NCBI GenBank assembly: GCA_965242925.1
Contig: CBDEUM010000038.1
Span: 192,001 to 256,000, forward strand
Origin: Roseibacillus sp.
GTDB taxonomy: Bacteria; Verrucomicrobiota; Verrucomicrobiia; Verrucomicrobiales; Akkermansiaceae
Length of the DNA: 64,000 nucleotides
Direction of reading: 5' to 3'
Shown: piece by piece, positions 39,926 through 50,658 of the stretch
Layout: the number at the start of each line of letters is the position of its first letter
Numbering within the stretch: position 1 is the stretch's first letter
Program-made: the position numbers and the translations under genes
The notes under the pieces: generated by a model
The model's database searches: none
What the model was told of the DNA's origin: nothing
The model's input: only the letters and a program-made list of their open reading frames with translations

Positions 39926-42900
39926 TCAGGGAAGCGGTTGGACCATGGTGGTGCGCAGCCTCATGAAGAGGATCGTCTCCTCGTCAACCGGGAGATCAGA
40001 TTTGTAGGTTACGAGAGAGGTTTCGTCATTGTTGCCGACCTCCGAGAGGAGGGAGGCCTCGGAACTCCAGGTAAGAAGGTCGCGGGAGATTTCTACCTCA
40101 TAGTGCACATCATCTGCAAAGAGGTGGCGCTGGAAGGTGAAGGTCAGGGCGTTTTCTCCGCGTTGCGCCGAGATCAGGCCAGGTCCGTTGGCGGGATCTC
40201 CATCGTCGCTTCCGAGAGCATGCTCAAGGAAGGCGGAAAGTCCGTCACGATCGTCATCGGCAAGAGGGTCGGGGCCACTGAAGGTCTGGCTGGTGGAAGC
40301 TCCCGGTGAGCCTCCCAGGCGCCAGTTGGAGGGGATGCCGTGTCCGAGGGGGTCGAGCGGATCGTTGTCGGCGTTGTCCGTAGTGTGTGCCAGTTCCAGG
40401 CTGTAGCCACCCGCATCAGCCCCTTCAGGCCAGGGGGAATTATTGTCATAGACGAATTCATGGATGGGAAAGGCACCCAAGGCCAGTTTGATGCGTTCAC
40501 CGTCGTTTTCGAGGCGGCCTTCTTCCTCATTCTGATATTCTCCGGCCACCGGAAGATGGGTCCCGTAGTGCGACTCAAAGGCGGCAACATTTCGCACCAC
40601 CAGGAGGTATTGGCCGGGATTGATGACGGTGTTGGCGGGGAAATCGAAGTCGATGCCCTTGGTGAAGCGGACATCGGTGAGATCCAGCGGGACGGGACCG
40701 ATATTGCGCAGTTCGACGAATTCGAGATCATCGGACCCTGTCGGGTTGTACATGATCTCGCTGATGACGAGACCCTGCTGATGGTCGGTGGCGAAGGGGT
40801 CAGCAGCTACGAATTCGACCGGCGTGGACCAGTGGCTCCAGCGTCCGGTGCTGTCCATGTGTCGCACCCGGGCACGATAGGTCTTGTTGCCGCGCACGGC
40901 AGAGGCCGGGGGTCTGATGCTGGAGGTGAAGGTGTCGAGTTCGCTGCTTTCCCAGGTGGCTGCCCATTCAAAAGGGAAGGGGACGTTGCTGCCCCGGACA
41001 TAGGGAGCATGCTCCGCGATACGGAATTCCATGGCTCCGAAATCACCGGAGCTGTCCGAAAAGGCTGATGATTCGAAGCGCAACCCATTGGCAGGGTGGT
41101 CCTCCTCGCTGAGGTCGGTGATGGTGGGAGTGTCCGGGATGGAAGGATCGGCTCCCAGTTCATCGAGGTAGGCGTCTCGGCCCTCGCGTCCGGAGGTTCC
41201 GCTATCGCGGGATCCGGATTCCATCGTGCCGCTGTCCCCCCCAGTCCAGGTCCCCCCCGTGAAGGCGAAGTTTTTCATGTCGCGCGTGCGCACGCGGATA
41301 TCGCCGTCGTTCTGTGTGCCGGCCGAGGAGGGTGCGCTGGTCCAGCGCAGGCGATCGGCCTGCTGGAAACTGATCACGCGATCCTGGAGCATGTCGATGA
41401 GCCCGTTGATCTGGTCCTGCTGCCACAGAAGGTCCCGGATTTCGCGGACCACGTTGCGGTACTCCTTGTTGAACTCGGGGCGGCTTCCCATGGCGTATTT
41501 GCAGAAATCCTCCCCGCCGTTCCAGTTGGGGCCCCAGCTGGTGTCGGAGTCCCAGGGAAAGACCTGGAGAAGACCGAAACGGGAACGGTCCGGCTTGAAG
41601 TAGTAGGACCGGTTCTTGAGGTGCTCGCTGGTGTTTGGCTGCACGTCGTAGTGCCGCACCGCGTCGACAATGGCGTGGTAGTGATACCATGAATCCCAGT
41701 CGACATGGCGGCGCAGCCAGGCATCGTTCTGCTGGGGACGCAGGTTGAAGATGATGTTTTCGTAGTCAGCCCCCCCGCGCGTGCCACGGGGTGCGTGGTA
41801 GCGGATCACGTCGAGTCCTTCGGTGAGGCCGGACTTGAGCTTGTAGAGATTGCCTTCCTCCAGATCGTGGGCCTTGAGAAACCGTCGGTCGTAATCTTCC
41901 ATCGCGAGGAGAAAACCGTAGAAGTCTCCGTGATACTGGTCCGGGGCCTCCTCGGCATTCTTGATAACGCGGAAGTGGAACCAGTGGGTGAAGGGTGAAG
42001 GAGTTCCGGTGGTATTCCAGAGGATGCTGTTGGCTGCCTCGTAGAGACCGAAATTGGTGCCGCCTCGCGCGTGCATCTTGTGCGAGTTCAGGGTCCGCCA
42101 CCTGGTGGGGTAGGGATTGCCCCACATGTCGTGGAACTGGACATGATTCCCGCGATTGAAGCGGAAGCGGAAACTTCGCTTGCCCCGGTTGGAGTAGCGG
42201 GCGTTTCTCTGGCGGAGGCGGTAGCTTATGTTGTCGTAGGCGATCCCGTTGTAGACGAAAGTGCCACTCCAGTTGAAGGCGCTGCGGGCGTCGTAGCTGT
42301 TGCGGGGGATCTGGTTGGCGTCGTAGGCCACGCACTTGTCATAGTCTGCCTGGGTGGTGAGAAGGTGGTAGGCAGGGAGGGTGTTGAGAATGGGCTCTGC
42401 CGGGTAGGTGCGGGTGGTGGTGACGTAGTCCGGGATCCCGTCGTAAATGAAGCAGGCGAAATTGAGAGAATCGTCGTCAAAGAAGGGAGCGGTCACCGAG
42501 GAGCCATCGGAATCGCTGACTGCGATGCGATAGCGGAGGAGAGTCCGGTTGGAATAATCTTCAGCCGGTATTGTGGCAGTGAAAATATCGTCGCCGGCGA
42601 GAGCGTCGTCGCCCAGGCCGTCATCGAGCATGGGGGTGGTGAGCCAGTTTCGGAGGTAGGCGGGGTTGGGGGTGCGGGGTGCGGTCGGATTGGCGAGGAG
42701 CTGGGAGTGCGATTTCGCCAGGAAGGCGGGGACGTAGCGGCCCGGAAGAATGAGAGCATATTGCAGGTTGACCTCGGCCACCCCGTCAGGGTCAGTGACC
42801 TTGGCGGTGATGACGGTATCCTCGGAACCGGTGGGCTGCCGGGGGGTGTGGCGAACCTGGCGGATGTTTGGGGGTGCCGCGGTGCTGGCGACGCTGTTAG

Positions 42901-43468
42901 TTCTCCCGGGGGTGGGGGCACTGGGGATCCCGTTGGTGTTTGAGCTGCGCCATGAACTACCGAGGTTGTTGTCGAGAGCAGGATTGATAAGTTCCATGGA
43001 GCTCCCTGCGCCGTCCGCTTCTATGGGCCAGGGGAAGTCCTTGTCGAAGTTGACGCGGTCGATGCGTTCACCCGAAGGATCGACGAGGTCGACGGTTTCG
43101 CCCTCACCACTCAGGCCGCCGGAATAAGGACCTGCGACCCTCAGATCTATGGGAGGTCCGTTGGGGTTGGGTTCCTGGAATTCCGCACGGAGGCTGGTCG
43201 GGTTTTCCGCCACCACGAGGTAGGAGCCCACATCGAGAAAAGTGTTCTGGGGAAAGAGGAACCCGATTCCCCCGGTGATCTGCCAGCCGGAAAGATTGGC
43301 GGTCCCCGGTCCCGGGTTGTAGATCTCGACGAACTCGTTTGGAACGTAGTTAACGTCGTTGTTATAGTGAATCTCGTTGATAACCGGGGCGGCAGAAAGA
43401 ACCGCGGCAGTTAGAAGGTGGATAGTCCCCGGGACCGAGAGGAGGCGAGCAAACAGGGGAGAGAACAC
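39926..43468 (-). CDS. Lamin-tail domain + CotH kinase family + lamin-tail domain secreted protein
   Basis: PVINEIHYN...EFVEIYN and LVISEIMYNP...EFVELRN lamin-tail domains; KRSFRFRFN, FPWDSDTSWG CotH motifs. Start approximate (GTG 43468). Confidence 0.85.
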   Translation of the reverse strand: MFSPLFARLLSVPGTIHLLTAAVLSAAPVINEIHYNNDVNYVPNEFVEIYNPGPGTANLSGWQITGGIGFLFPQNTFLDVGSYLVVAENPTSLRAEFQEPNPNGPPIDLRVAGPYSGGLSGEGETVDLVDPSGERIDRVNFDKDFPWPIEADGAGSSMELINPALDNNLGSSWRSSNTNGIPSAPTPGRTNSVASTAAPPNIRQVRHTPRQPTGSEDTVITAKVTDPDGVAEVNLQYALILPGRYVPAFLAKSHSQLLANPTAPRTPNPAYLRNWLTTPMLDDGLGDDALAGDDIFTATIPAEDYSNRTLLRYRIAVSDSDGSSVTAPFFDDDSLNFACFIYDGIPDYVTTTRTYPAEPILNTLPAYHLLTTQADYDKCVAYDANQIPRNSYDARSAFNWSGTFVYNGIAYDNISYRLRQRNARYSNRGKRSFRFRFNRGNHVQFHDMWGNPYPTRWRTLNSHKMHARGGTNFGLYEAANSILWNTTGTPSPFTHWFHFRVIKNAEEAPDQYHGDFYGFLLAMEDYDRRFLKAHDLEEGNLYKLKSGLTEGLDVIRYHAPRGTRGGADYENIIFNLRPQQNDAWLRRHVDWDSWYHYHAIVDAVRHYDVQPNTSEHLKNRSYYFKPDRSRFGLLQVFPWDSDTSWGPNWNGGEDFCKYAMGSRPEFNKEYRNVVREIRDLLWQQDQINGLIDMLQDRVISFQQADRLRWTSAPSSAGTQNDGDIRVRTRDMKNFAFTGGTWTGGDSGTMESGSRDSGTSGREGRDAYLDELGADPSIPDTPTITDLSEEDHPANGLRFESSAFSDSSGDFGAMEFRIAEHAPYVRGSNVPFPFEWAATWESSELDTFTSSIRPPASAVRGNKTYRARVRHMDSTGRWSHWSTPVEFVAADPFATDHQQGLVISEIMYNPTGSDDLEFVELRNIGPVPLDLTDVRFTKGIDFDFPANTVINPGQYLLVVRNVAAFESHYGTHLPVAGEYQNEEEGRLENDGERIKLALGAFPIHEFVYDNNSPWPEGADAGGYSLELAHTTDNADNDPLDPLGHGIPSNWRLGGSPGASTSQTFSGPDPLADDDRDGLSAFLEHALGSDDGDPANGPGLISAQRGENALTFTFQRHLFADDVHYEVEISRDLLTWSSEASLLSEVGNNDETSLVTYKSDLPVDEETILFMRLRTTMVQPLP

Positions 43469-43590
43469 GGGTGTTGAAGATGGGGGGTTGAACCGATTTA
43501 TGGGATTAGGCGGTCGTAGTACCTGTATGCCCTGTCCACGAGCGCTGCAATGCAAAATCCGGGGTTCTGCCGTCCGGGCTGAGGCGGACA

Positions 43591-46500
43591 TCAAGGCTGC
43601 GGAATCACCACCTGCCGGGCTCCTGCGATGGCCTCGGTGGTGCTGGAGGCGCCGTCTGGCCAGCGCACCGTAATCTCCACGCGGGCACCGGCGGTTACTG
43701 GGCCCAGGCCGAACCAGCATACGGGTTCCGACTGGCCAAGGTAGCCTGAGCCAGCCGCGATTTCGGAGGTTTGGCCTCGCCTGCGTCCTGCCTGCGTCAC
43801 CGTGATCCTGGCCCCGACTGCCTGAATATTTCCCGGTTTTCCCACCAGGCGCACTTCGAGCAGCCGGTTCGTTTGTTCCCGGGCGGAAGGCTCGGAGAAG
43901 ATCATGAGGGGCGAATTGTTGACGGCAAAGATCAACTCGGGGCGCCCGTCGGCGTTGAGATCGGCACTGGTGATGGCGGTGGCGGCCCCTGGAACGCCTA
44001 TTCCGCTCCGGTCAGGCCCGGAGGCCACGAAATCTCCCGTCCCGCGTCCGTGGAGCAGAAGGCTCAGGCCGGCATCAAGCAGGCCGATTTCCGGTTGGGC
44101 TCCGAAGAAGTTCTGGGCCAGCACGCAGTCGACGTGTCCGTCAGCATCAAGGTCACTGAGAAGGACTCCCTGCGAGGGAGAATACTGGGCGGCCCGGGGA
44201 AGAGGGCGAACGGTGAATTGCGCCTGGCCATTGTTCAGCAGGACGCAGGACTCAAGGGTATTGACCTCAAGCCGGAGGGAATCCGAGAGGCCGTCTCCGT
44301 AGAGGTCTCCGAGAGTGGAACGGGCAAAGTTCCCGAAGGTCTTGAGTCGCTTGCGCAGGATGGGCATGGCTCCACTGGAGCAGCTGAAACCCCGCCTTGG
44401 ATAGCAGGTCTTGCCCTCGAACTTGGCCTCGACGATGCGCTTGTTTCCGCTCCCGTCAAAGTCGCCGTAAAAGAGGAGTTCGGGTTTTTCCCTGCTCGCC
44501 TGGTAGGGCGTATTGGTGCCCTGGTTGGTTGCTACGTAATCGAGGTCTCCGTCGCCGTCCAGGTCGGCGCTCGCGATTCCGTTCCACCAACCGAGGTGAT
44601 TCCCCAGTCCGGATTTGCCGGTTGCTTCGATCAGCCGCCCCTCTTGATTGAGAAACACTTTCACCGGTCCCCATTCACAGCAGATAAGGAGGTCGATCCA
44701 GCCGTCGCCATTGGCGTCGGACCAGAGGGCGCCGCTCACCAGGCCGGCGTGCTGCAAACCCGGAGACAGAGAGGTCTGGTCAGTGAACTTTACACCGGGA
44801 GGGGTGGAGTCGTTTCGCAGAAGGCGGCTTGAGGGGGGTTCCGGATACGCTCCCGGAACCACGCGTCCGCCGACGAAAAGGTCGATGTCGCCGTCCCGGT
44901 CGTAGTCGGCACCCACCACGCAACTCCCACTGTCACGCAGATCAGGCAGGGCTTCCATGGCGTGGGCGAGTCGCCCGGATTCGTTGTTGAGGTAGAGTCG
45001 GTCGCGCAGGAGTTCCGCCCCCGGGTTGCATTCCACTCCACCACTGACCACATAGAGATCCTGACGGCCGTCACCATTTGCGTCGAAGAAGAGGGCTCCC
45101 AGGTCCTCGGAGGCGGCGTGCTTTGCAAGGTCGGGACTCGGGACTTCGCGGAAGGTGCCCCTGTCCACGTTGAGAGAGAGGCGACCGGGATGACCTGCCC
45201 CGCCGGAAAGGAAGAAGTCTGCATCGCCGTCCCCGTCGACGTCCTGCCAGGCTATCCCCGGGCCAAGTTGAGAGTGTTTGTAGGGGAGGAGGGGTTGTCG
45301 GGTGAAGTCGTCGTAGAGAGTCTCCCTGTGCGCAATCTTCCGCAGGGAGGGGGAATTGATGGGGGCGTAGGGGGTCGATCGGCGGGCGGGGCGTGCCCAT
45401 TTCGGCGGAGGAGTGGTGGGTTCCTCAATGAGGTAGGAGCGGCCGGCTATCAGGTTCTCAAAGCGTTGAACGTGTCCGCGTTGCCACTTCACCGTGATGT
45501 GCCTGATCTTCTCGTTGGTCCCCAGTCCGAACTGCAGGATCGGCTGGTTGCAGGAGAGGAATCCGGTGGCCGGTTGCAACCCGCCCTTCTGCAGGCGGCC
45601 ACCGCCTTGCACCCAGACGTCAGCTCCCAGGCCGTGGCGATTTCCCGCTGCTCCCTTCAGCCGAACGGTCACTCTCCGGGCGGAGGACGGGGCATTGTTT
45701 CGGTATATGCGGACCGGTTCATCCAGACTGGCTACGATTATTTCGGCATCGCCGTCGCCATCGAGATCGCCGGTGGCCGCCGCATAGCTCATTCCGAGAT
45801 GATCAAGTCCCCACTCAGAGCTGATGTTCTCGAACTTGAGGTTGCCCCGGTTGGCAAAGGCGAGGTTCGCTTCTCTGCGGGGGGGATGAGATTCGTAGTG
45901 ATCCCACTCGGTCTTGCCGATATAGTCGGAGGCACTCCGCTGGTCGTCGGAATTGTTGAACCCTCTCGACACTCCATTGGTGAAGAAGGCGTCGACGTGG
46001 CCGTTGAGATCGAAGTCCTGAAGTTTGACCGCCCAGGTCCAGTCCGAGTTGGCGAGGCCCGCCTGGTAGGCGCCGTCGGCGAGTTTTCCGACTCCGTTGT
46101 TGAGATAGAGAACATTGTGCATGTACTGGCGGGGAACGGCCGAGAGCAGGAAAGGCCTGATGGAGGTAATTTCCCCCATCGTGGTCTTGGAGCGGTAGTG
46201 ATTGGTGCCCGCCATGTCGGCGATGAGCAGGTCGGTGCGACCGTCGCCATCGAGGTCAGCCACATCGGCTCCCATTGAGAACCAGGGCGTGTGCGGAGCG
46301 GCCTTTCTGATAACGTCGGTAAAGGTGCCGTTCCCGTTATTACGGTAGAGTCGGTCGGCATCCTTGAAGTCATTGCCGACATAGATGTCGGGGAGTCCGT
46401 CATTGTCAAAATCCCACCAGGTCACCGAGTTTCCCCGGTCGCGTCCTGAAATACCGGCGACTCTGCTGACATCCGTAAAGCGGATCTGTCCCTTGGCGTC

Positions 46501-47373
46501 CGATCCCTCGTTGCGGAGGAGGACGTCCTGGCGACCGGCATTGATGTAGACCTGTTTTCCCCCGGGTCGGGTCACGATATCGTAGTATTTCTCGAAACCG
46601 GGCTTGATCCTCCACTTGTTGTCCACCAGTTCGACCGGGTGCTCCTTTGGTCGCCCGCCCGCCCGCTTGAAGTCCCGGGTGAGGAGGAAGCAATCCAGGT
46701 CGCCGTCCAGGTCGTAGTCACAGAAGGTGGCCATCAGGCTGGCGTCCGAAATGGCGAGGCCAAAAGACTCTGCCTGTTCCGTGAATTTCCCCTTTCCGTC
46801 ATTGATCCAGAGGTGATTGGGAGCGTCGTAGTTGCAGACGTGGATGTCGAGGTCACCGTCGCTGTCGATGTCAACGAGGGTGGGGCCAGCGGACCAGGTG
46901 CCGGAGGGGGTGATCCCCGAGGCCCTGGTGGCATCCGCAAACCGGAGGGGTTTGTCGGTCTGGAGGTAGAGAGCGTTCTCCGGGGATCCTCCTGTGAGGA
47001 AGAGATCAGGTCGGCCGTCGCCATCCAGGTCGCCCACTCCAATTCCTCCGCAGGCGAACGCGCCAAGGTAAATACGCTTGAGAGGGTGCCTGGTGTCGAT
47101 TGGATTGACGAAGTCGATACCGGACTGTTCGGGGGTCAGCGCGGTAAAGAGGTTTTGGCCTGGAGGTCCGGGTGTCTGGAGGGGGAGGGATTCGGGTGTC
47201 CCGGCTCCCGGAAGGATTCCCGTGCACAGCAACACCGCGGCAGAAAGTCGGGTGGCGGTCGGAAGGGAGCGGAGGCGAGGGAGCACGGCGGCGATGTTAA
47301 GAGATAAATGGTTCGACAGCAACAGATTCGACCGGGGTTTAAGGGATGTCAGGAAGTTGCTTCTATCAGTCAC
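43591..47373 (-). CDS. FG-GAP/VCBS repeat protein with two ASPIC/UnbV domains (CRTAC1-like)
   Basis: Many D-x-D-G-D-G-x-x-D motifs; VRLKG..GNRHGLGA...GFLS...FGLG mid-protein and VRLVG..GNIQAVGARI...GYLGQS...FGLG...VRWPDG at the C-terminus. Start uncertain. Confidence 0.88.
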   Translation of the reverse strand: MTDRSNFLTSLKPRSNLLLSNHLSLNIAAVLPRLRSLPTATRLSAAVLLCTGILPGAGTPESLPLQTPGPPGQNLFTALTPEQSGIDFVNPIDTRHPLKRIYLGAFACGGIGVGDLDGDGRPDLFLTGGSPENALYLQTDKPLRFADATRASGITPSGTWSAGPTLVDIDSDGDLDIHVCNYDAPNHLWINDGKGKFTEQAESFGLAISDASLMATFCDYDLDGDLDCFLLTRDFKRAGGRPKEHPVELVDNKWRIKPGFEKYYDIVTRPGGKQVYINAGRQDVLLRNEGSDAKGQIRFTDVSRVAGISGRDRGNSVTWWDFDNDGLPDIYVGNDFKDADRLYRNNGNGTFTDVIRKAAPHTPWFSMGADVADLDGDGRTDLLIADMAGTNHYRSKTTMGEITSIRPFLLSAVPRQYMHNVLYLNNGVGKLADGAYQAGLANSDWTWAVKLQDFDLNGHVDAFFTNGVSRGFNNSDDQRSASDYIGKTEWDHYESHPPRREANLAFANRGNLKFENISSEWGLDHLGMSYAAATGDLDGDGDAEIIVASLDEPVRIYRNNAPSSARRVTVRLKGAAGNRHGLGADVWVQGGGRLQKGGLQPATGFLSCNQPILQFGLGTNEKIRHITVKWQRGHVQRFENLIAGRSYLIEEPTTPPPKWARPARRSTPYAPINSPSLRKIAHRETLYDDFTRQPLLPYKHSQLGPGIAWQDVDGDGDADFFLSGGAGHPGRLSLNVDRGTFREVPSPDLAKHAASEDLGALFFDANGDGRQDLYVVSGGVECNPGAELLRDRLYLNNESGRLAHAMEALPDLRDSGSCVVGADYDRDGDIDLFVGGRVVPGAYPEPPSSRLLRNDSTPPGVKFTDQTSLSPGLQHAGLVSGALWSDANGDGWIDLLICCEWGPVKVFLNQEGRLIEATGKSGLGNHLGWWNGIASADLDGDGDLDYVATNQGTNTPYQASREKPELLFYGDFDGSGNKRIVEAKFEGKTCYPRRGFSCSSGAMPILRKRLKTFGNFARSTLGDLYGDGLSDSLRLEVNTLESCVLLNNGQAQFTVRPLPRAAQYSPSQGVLLSDLDADGHVDCVLAQNFFGAQPEIGLLDAGLSLLLHGRGTGDFVASGPDRSGIGVPGAATAITSADLNADGRPELIFAVNNSPLMIFSEPSAREQTNRLLEVRLVGKPGNIQAVGARITVTQAGRRRGQTSEIAAGSGYLGQSEPVCWFGLGPVTAGARVEITVRWPDGASSTTEAIAGARQVVIPQP

Positions 47374-47466
47374 CCGGTGGGGTGTGGGTGCTGAAGGAGC
47401 GGATCAGAAAGGCTGGCTTTCCTGCTCGTGTTCCCGGGGTAATTCCTCCCAGAATCGTGTGTGAAG

Positions 47467-48969
47467 ATGAAGTTTGTCGCTCTTGCTGTTGTCGCCCTGT
47501 TCGTCCCGTTGCTCCAGGGTGCGGAGAAGCCCAATGTGGTTGTCGTCTACGGCGATGATGTCGGTTACGGCGATGTGGGGGTCTACGGGGCCACCAGGAT
47601 CCCCACTCCCTTTATCGACAAGGTGGCCGGGGAGGGACTGCGCTTCACTGATGGGCACTGCACCGCGGCCACCTGTACGCCCTCGCGGTATTCGATGCTG
47701 AGTGGTCTCTACGGGTTCCGGGAAGGAGTGCGCATCCTGCCCCCCAATGCGCCGCTCTGTATCCCAACCGACATTCTGACCCTGCCCAAGCTCTTCCGCC
47801 GGGCGGGCTACCATACCGGGGTGGTGGGAAAGTGGCACCTCGGACTCGGGGCGAGGGGAACGCCTGTGAACTGGAACGCCGAGGTGAAGCCGGGTCCCCT
47901 GGAAGTGGGGTTTGATTATTCCTTTCTCCTACCCTCCACCAACGACCGGGTTCCCTGCGTCTATCTCGAGAACTACAAGGTGGTGAACCTCGATTCTGGA
48001 GATCCGCTCTACGTGGGAAGCGCCCCGGAGGGTCACAAGAGCACCTCCTATCCATACGGACGCACCAACCCGGAGGCAGAGACATACTATCCGGGTGATC
48101 ACCAGCACAGCGAAACCGTGATCAACGGGATTGGACGGATCGGCAAGATGTGGGGAGGGAAGTCCGCCCTCTGGAATGACGAGACCATGGCCGATGAGTT
48201 TGCCTCTCAGGCGAGAAAATTTTTGGAACGGCAGAGCAGGGAGAAACCGTTTTTCCTCTATGTCTCCTCCCAGGACATCCACGTGCCTCGTGCACCTCAT
48301 CCCCGTTTTCAGGGAAAGACCCAGTTGGGCAAGCGGGGAGACGCCATGGTGCAGTTTGACTGGCTGGTGGGGGCGGTGGCGCAAGCCCTTGAGGATACGG
48401 GATTCACGGAGAACACCATCCTGATCGTGTCCTCCGATAATGGGCCGGTCTATGACGATGGTTACGAGGACGGCTCCACGGTGCGCAAGTCGAGCAAGGA
48501 ATCGGACCAGGGGCACGATGCCTCGGGTCCCTATCGCGGGGGGAAGTATCAGATTTACGAGGGCGGCACGCGGGTTCCCTTCATTTTGAAATGGCCGGGG
48601 CGCATCAAGCCGGGAGTCTCCGGTGCCCTCGTCAGTCAGATTGATTTCATTGCCTCCTTTGCCGAGTTGCTGGGGATCGAGCTCAAGCCGGAGGAGGCCC
48701 GGGACAGCCGGAGCACCCTGGCGGCCTTCCTTGGCAAGGATGAGAAGGGATTAGCCTTTACCCTGGAGGAGGCCAGTCGACAGGTCGCGATCCGATCGGG
48801 GCACTGGAAGTTCATTCCAGGAAAGAAGGCTGGGGCGGGGCAGCTCTACGACCTCTCCCGGGACATGGGAGAGCAGAAGAACGTGCAGGCGGCCCACTCC
48901 GGAGTTGTAAAGCGCTTGGCCGCCCAGCTCTCCGCCCTCCGCAAGGGCAGGGGATTGCGGGTGAAGTAG
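47467..48969 (+). CDS. Arylsulfatase (S1, Cys-type)
   Basis: KPNVVVVYGDDVGYGD, CTPSRY, GKWHLG, DIHVPR, SSDNGP, EGGTRVP. Confidence 0.95.
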   Translation: MKFVALAVVALFVPLLQGAEKPNVVVVYGDDVGYGDVGVYGATRIPTPFIDKVAGEGLRFTDGHCTAATCTPSRYSMLSGLYGFREGVRILPPNAPLCIPTDILTLPKLFRRAGYHTGVVGKWHLGLGARGTPVNWNAEVKPGPLEVGFDYSFLLPSTNDRVPCVYLENYKVVNLDSGDPLYVGSAPEGHKSTSYPYGRTNPEAETYYPGDHQHSETVINGIGRIGKMWGGKSALWNDETMADEFASQARKFLERQSREKPFFLYVSSQDIHVPRAPHPRFQGKTQLGKRGDAMVQFDWLVGAVAQALEDTGFTENTILIVSSDNGPVYDDGYEDGSTVRKSSKESDQGHDASGPYRGGKYQIYEGGTRVPFILKWPGRIKPGVSGALVSQIDFIASFAELLGIELKPEEARDSRSTLAAFLGKDEKGLAFTLEEASRQVAIRSGHWKFIPGKKAGAGQLYDLSRDMGEQKNVQAAHSGVVKRLAAQLSALRKGRGLRVK

Positions 48970-48989
48970 GAACGGCGAATTATCAGGGC

Positions 48990-49197
48990 CAGGACCACCG
49001 GAAGTCCTGGTCGCTGAGTGTTCATCGCAACTCTCGTGGTTACCGATGATGGGATAGACGGGAATCTGGGAGCGGGTGACCAGATCGCGAAGCCAGGCCA
49101 GGGACTGGGCGTCGGAGGGGTCGAAGGTGGCCCTGAGGAGGAAGATGGAGTCCCAGGCCGGGAGGGTCGATGGTGGATAGCGCCATGCTCGACACAT
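48990..49197 (-). pseudogene. Possible degenerate metallophosphoesterase fragment
   Basis: Intergenic frame encodes LAWLRDLVTRSQIPVYPIIGNHE (GNHE motif); no other family motifs or proper gene boundaries. Confidence 0.35.
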
Positions 49198-49227
49198 GGC
49201 AGTCGGGGAGCAGGCTGACGAGACAGT

Positions 49228-50562
49228 TCAATTCTTCTTCGCGAGCGAGAGACAAATCACTTCGGAGTCGTTGCGGATGAAGACGCACTTGCGGGCGTAG
49301 GCGGGATGCGACCAGACGATATGGCGCTGCCGGAGGTCGGCCCCGTTGGGTTCGATGACGTGGGCCCGGTCGATCTCCTCGTAGCCCTTGACGGAGAGCC
49401 GGGCGATGACGAGGTCGCCTTTTTCGGTGAAGAGGAAGTAGCGGTCCTCGTGCGGGGTGACGAAGACCGTTCCCCACCGGGTCGGACCGTCGAGGGCGAT
49501 GGGCTCGAGGGACTCCCAGACCCGCTTGCCGGTGAGGGCCTCCATGCAGCGGAACTGTCCGTAGCTGCAGGCCCCGAAGAGGTGCCCATCCCTGAGGACC
49601 ATGGTGTTCATGATGCCGTGGAGGTGGGTGGTCTGCCGCTCGCTGGCCTTGTTGGTGCGGTAGACGATAGACGGGGTGCCGTTGTTCTTCTTCAGGCGGA
49701 GGAGCAGGGAACCGTTGTAGAAGGAGGACAGGAAGAGGTGATCCTTGTCGATCATCTGGGGCATGGGGATGGTGAGGCCGAAGCGGATCTTCCAGGGAAT
49801 GGTCCAGAAGAGCTTGCCGGTTGCGGGATCGAGGGCATTGACGCTTTCGGGGTGCCAGATGATGAGCAGTTCGCGACCTCCGTGCTTCACGATGCGGGGG
49901 GGACAGTAGCCCGGTTGACCGGCGCTCAGGGCTCGCCAGACTTCCTTGCCAGTCTCCTTGTGGAAGGCGACCGCGATGCTTCCCTTTCCGGCCGCGAGGC
50001 AGATGAGGAGATCGCCGTGGATGAGAGGCGAAGCAGCAAAACCCCAGGTCTGGGTCTTGGCTTGGAAGCGTTCCTTGAAGTCGTGTTTCCAGAGTTCCGT
50101 GCCGTCCGTCGTCGAGCGGCAGACGAGGAGTCCCTCGGCGCCGGAGCTGTAGACCCGTTCCCCGTTCACGAGAGGAGTGACGCGGGGGCCGGCGGGGTAG
50201 GACATGGTATAGGCACAGGGATAGGATTTCTCCCAGATGACCGTTCCGTCGGAGGCGTTGAGGCAGAGGAGGCGCTCCTTTCCCGGTTGGGTGCCGGTGC
50301 GGGCGGACTCGCGTTTGGCTTCCGCGCTGCGGTCCACTTCGCGGTCCATAAGGTAGACCCGCTCGCCGGCAATGGCTGGTCCGGCGTAGCCCCGACGGAT
50401 GGGGGTGCGCCAGAGAACCCTGGGGCCACCCTCCGGAAATTTCTCGAGGATGCCGGACTCGTGCCATACGCCGTCCCGCTGCGGGCCGAACCACTGGGGC
50501 CAGTCCTCCGCATGGGAGGTGAGAGAAGAGGCCAGGATGACAAGGGGCAGGAATTTTTTCAT
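49228..50562 (-). CDS. PQQ-like beta-propeller repeat protein (BamB-like, PVC type)
   Basis: AEDWPQWFGPQRDG, GYAGPAIAG, GPRVTP, WGFAASPLI, VWSHPAYA. Confidence 0.88.
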   Translation of the reverse strand: MKKFLPLVILASSLTSHAEDWPQWFGPQRDGVWHESGILEKFPEGGPRVLWRTPIRRGYAGPAIAGERVYLMDREVDRSAEAKRESARTGTQPGKERLLCLNASDGTVIWEKSYPCAYTMSYPAGPRVTPLVNGERVYSSGAEGLLVCRSTTDGTELWKHDFKERFQAKTQTWGFAASPLIHGDLLICLAAGKGSIAVAFHKETGKEVWRALSAGQPGYCPPRIVKHGGRELLIIWHPESVNALDPATGKLFWTIPWKIRFGLTIPMPQMIDKDHLFLSSFYNGSLLLRLKKNNGTPSIVYRTNKASERQTTHLHGIMNTMVLRDGHLFGACSYGQFRCMEALTGKRVWESLEPIALDGPTRWGTVFVTPHEDRYFLFTEKGDLVIARLSVKGYEEIDRAHVIEPNGADLRQRHIVWSHPAYARKCVFIRNDSEVICLSLAKKN

Positions 50563-50658
50563 GAACTATCGATGAGGCTACAGAATTCCCGGACCTATGC
50601 CATTATCCAATGGCGGCCCTGTTTTCCTGTGCTAGCCTCGGTCAAGCAGAGCCGATCC

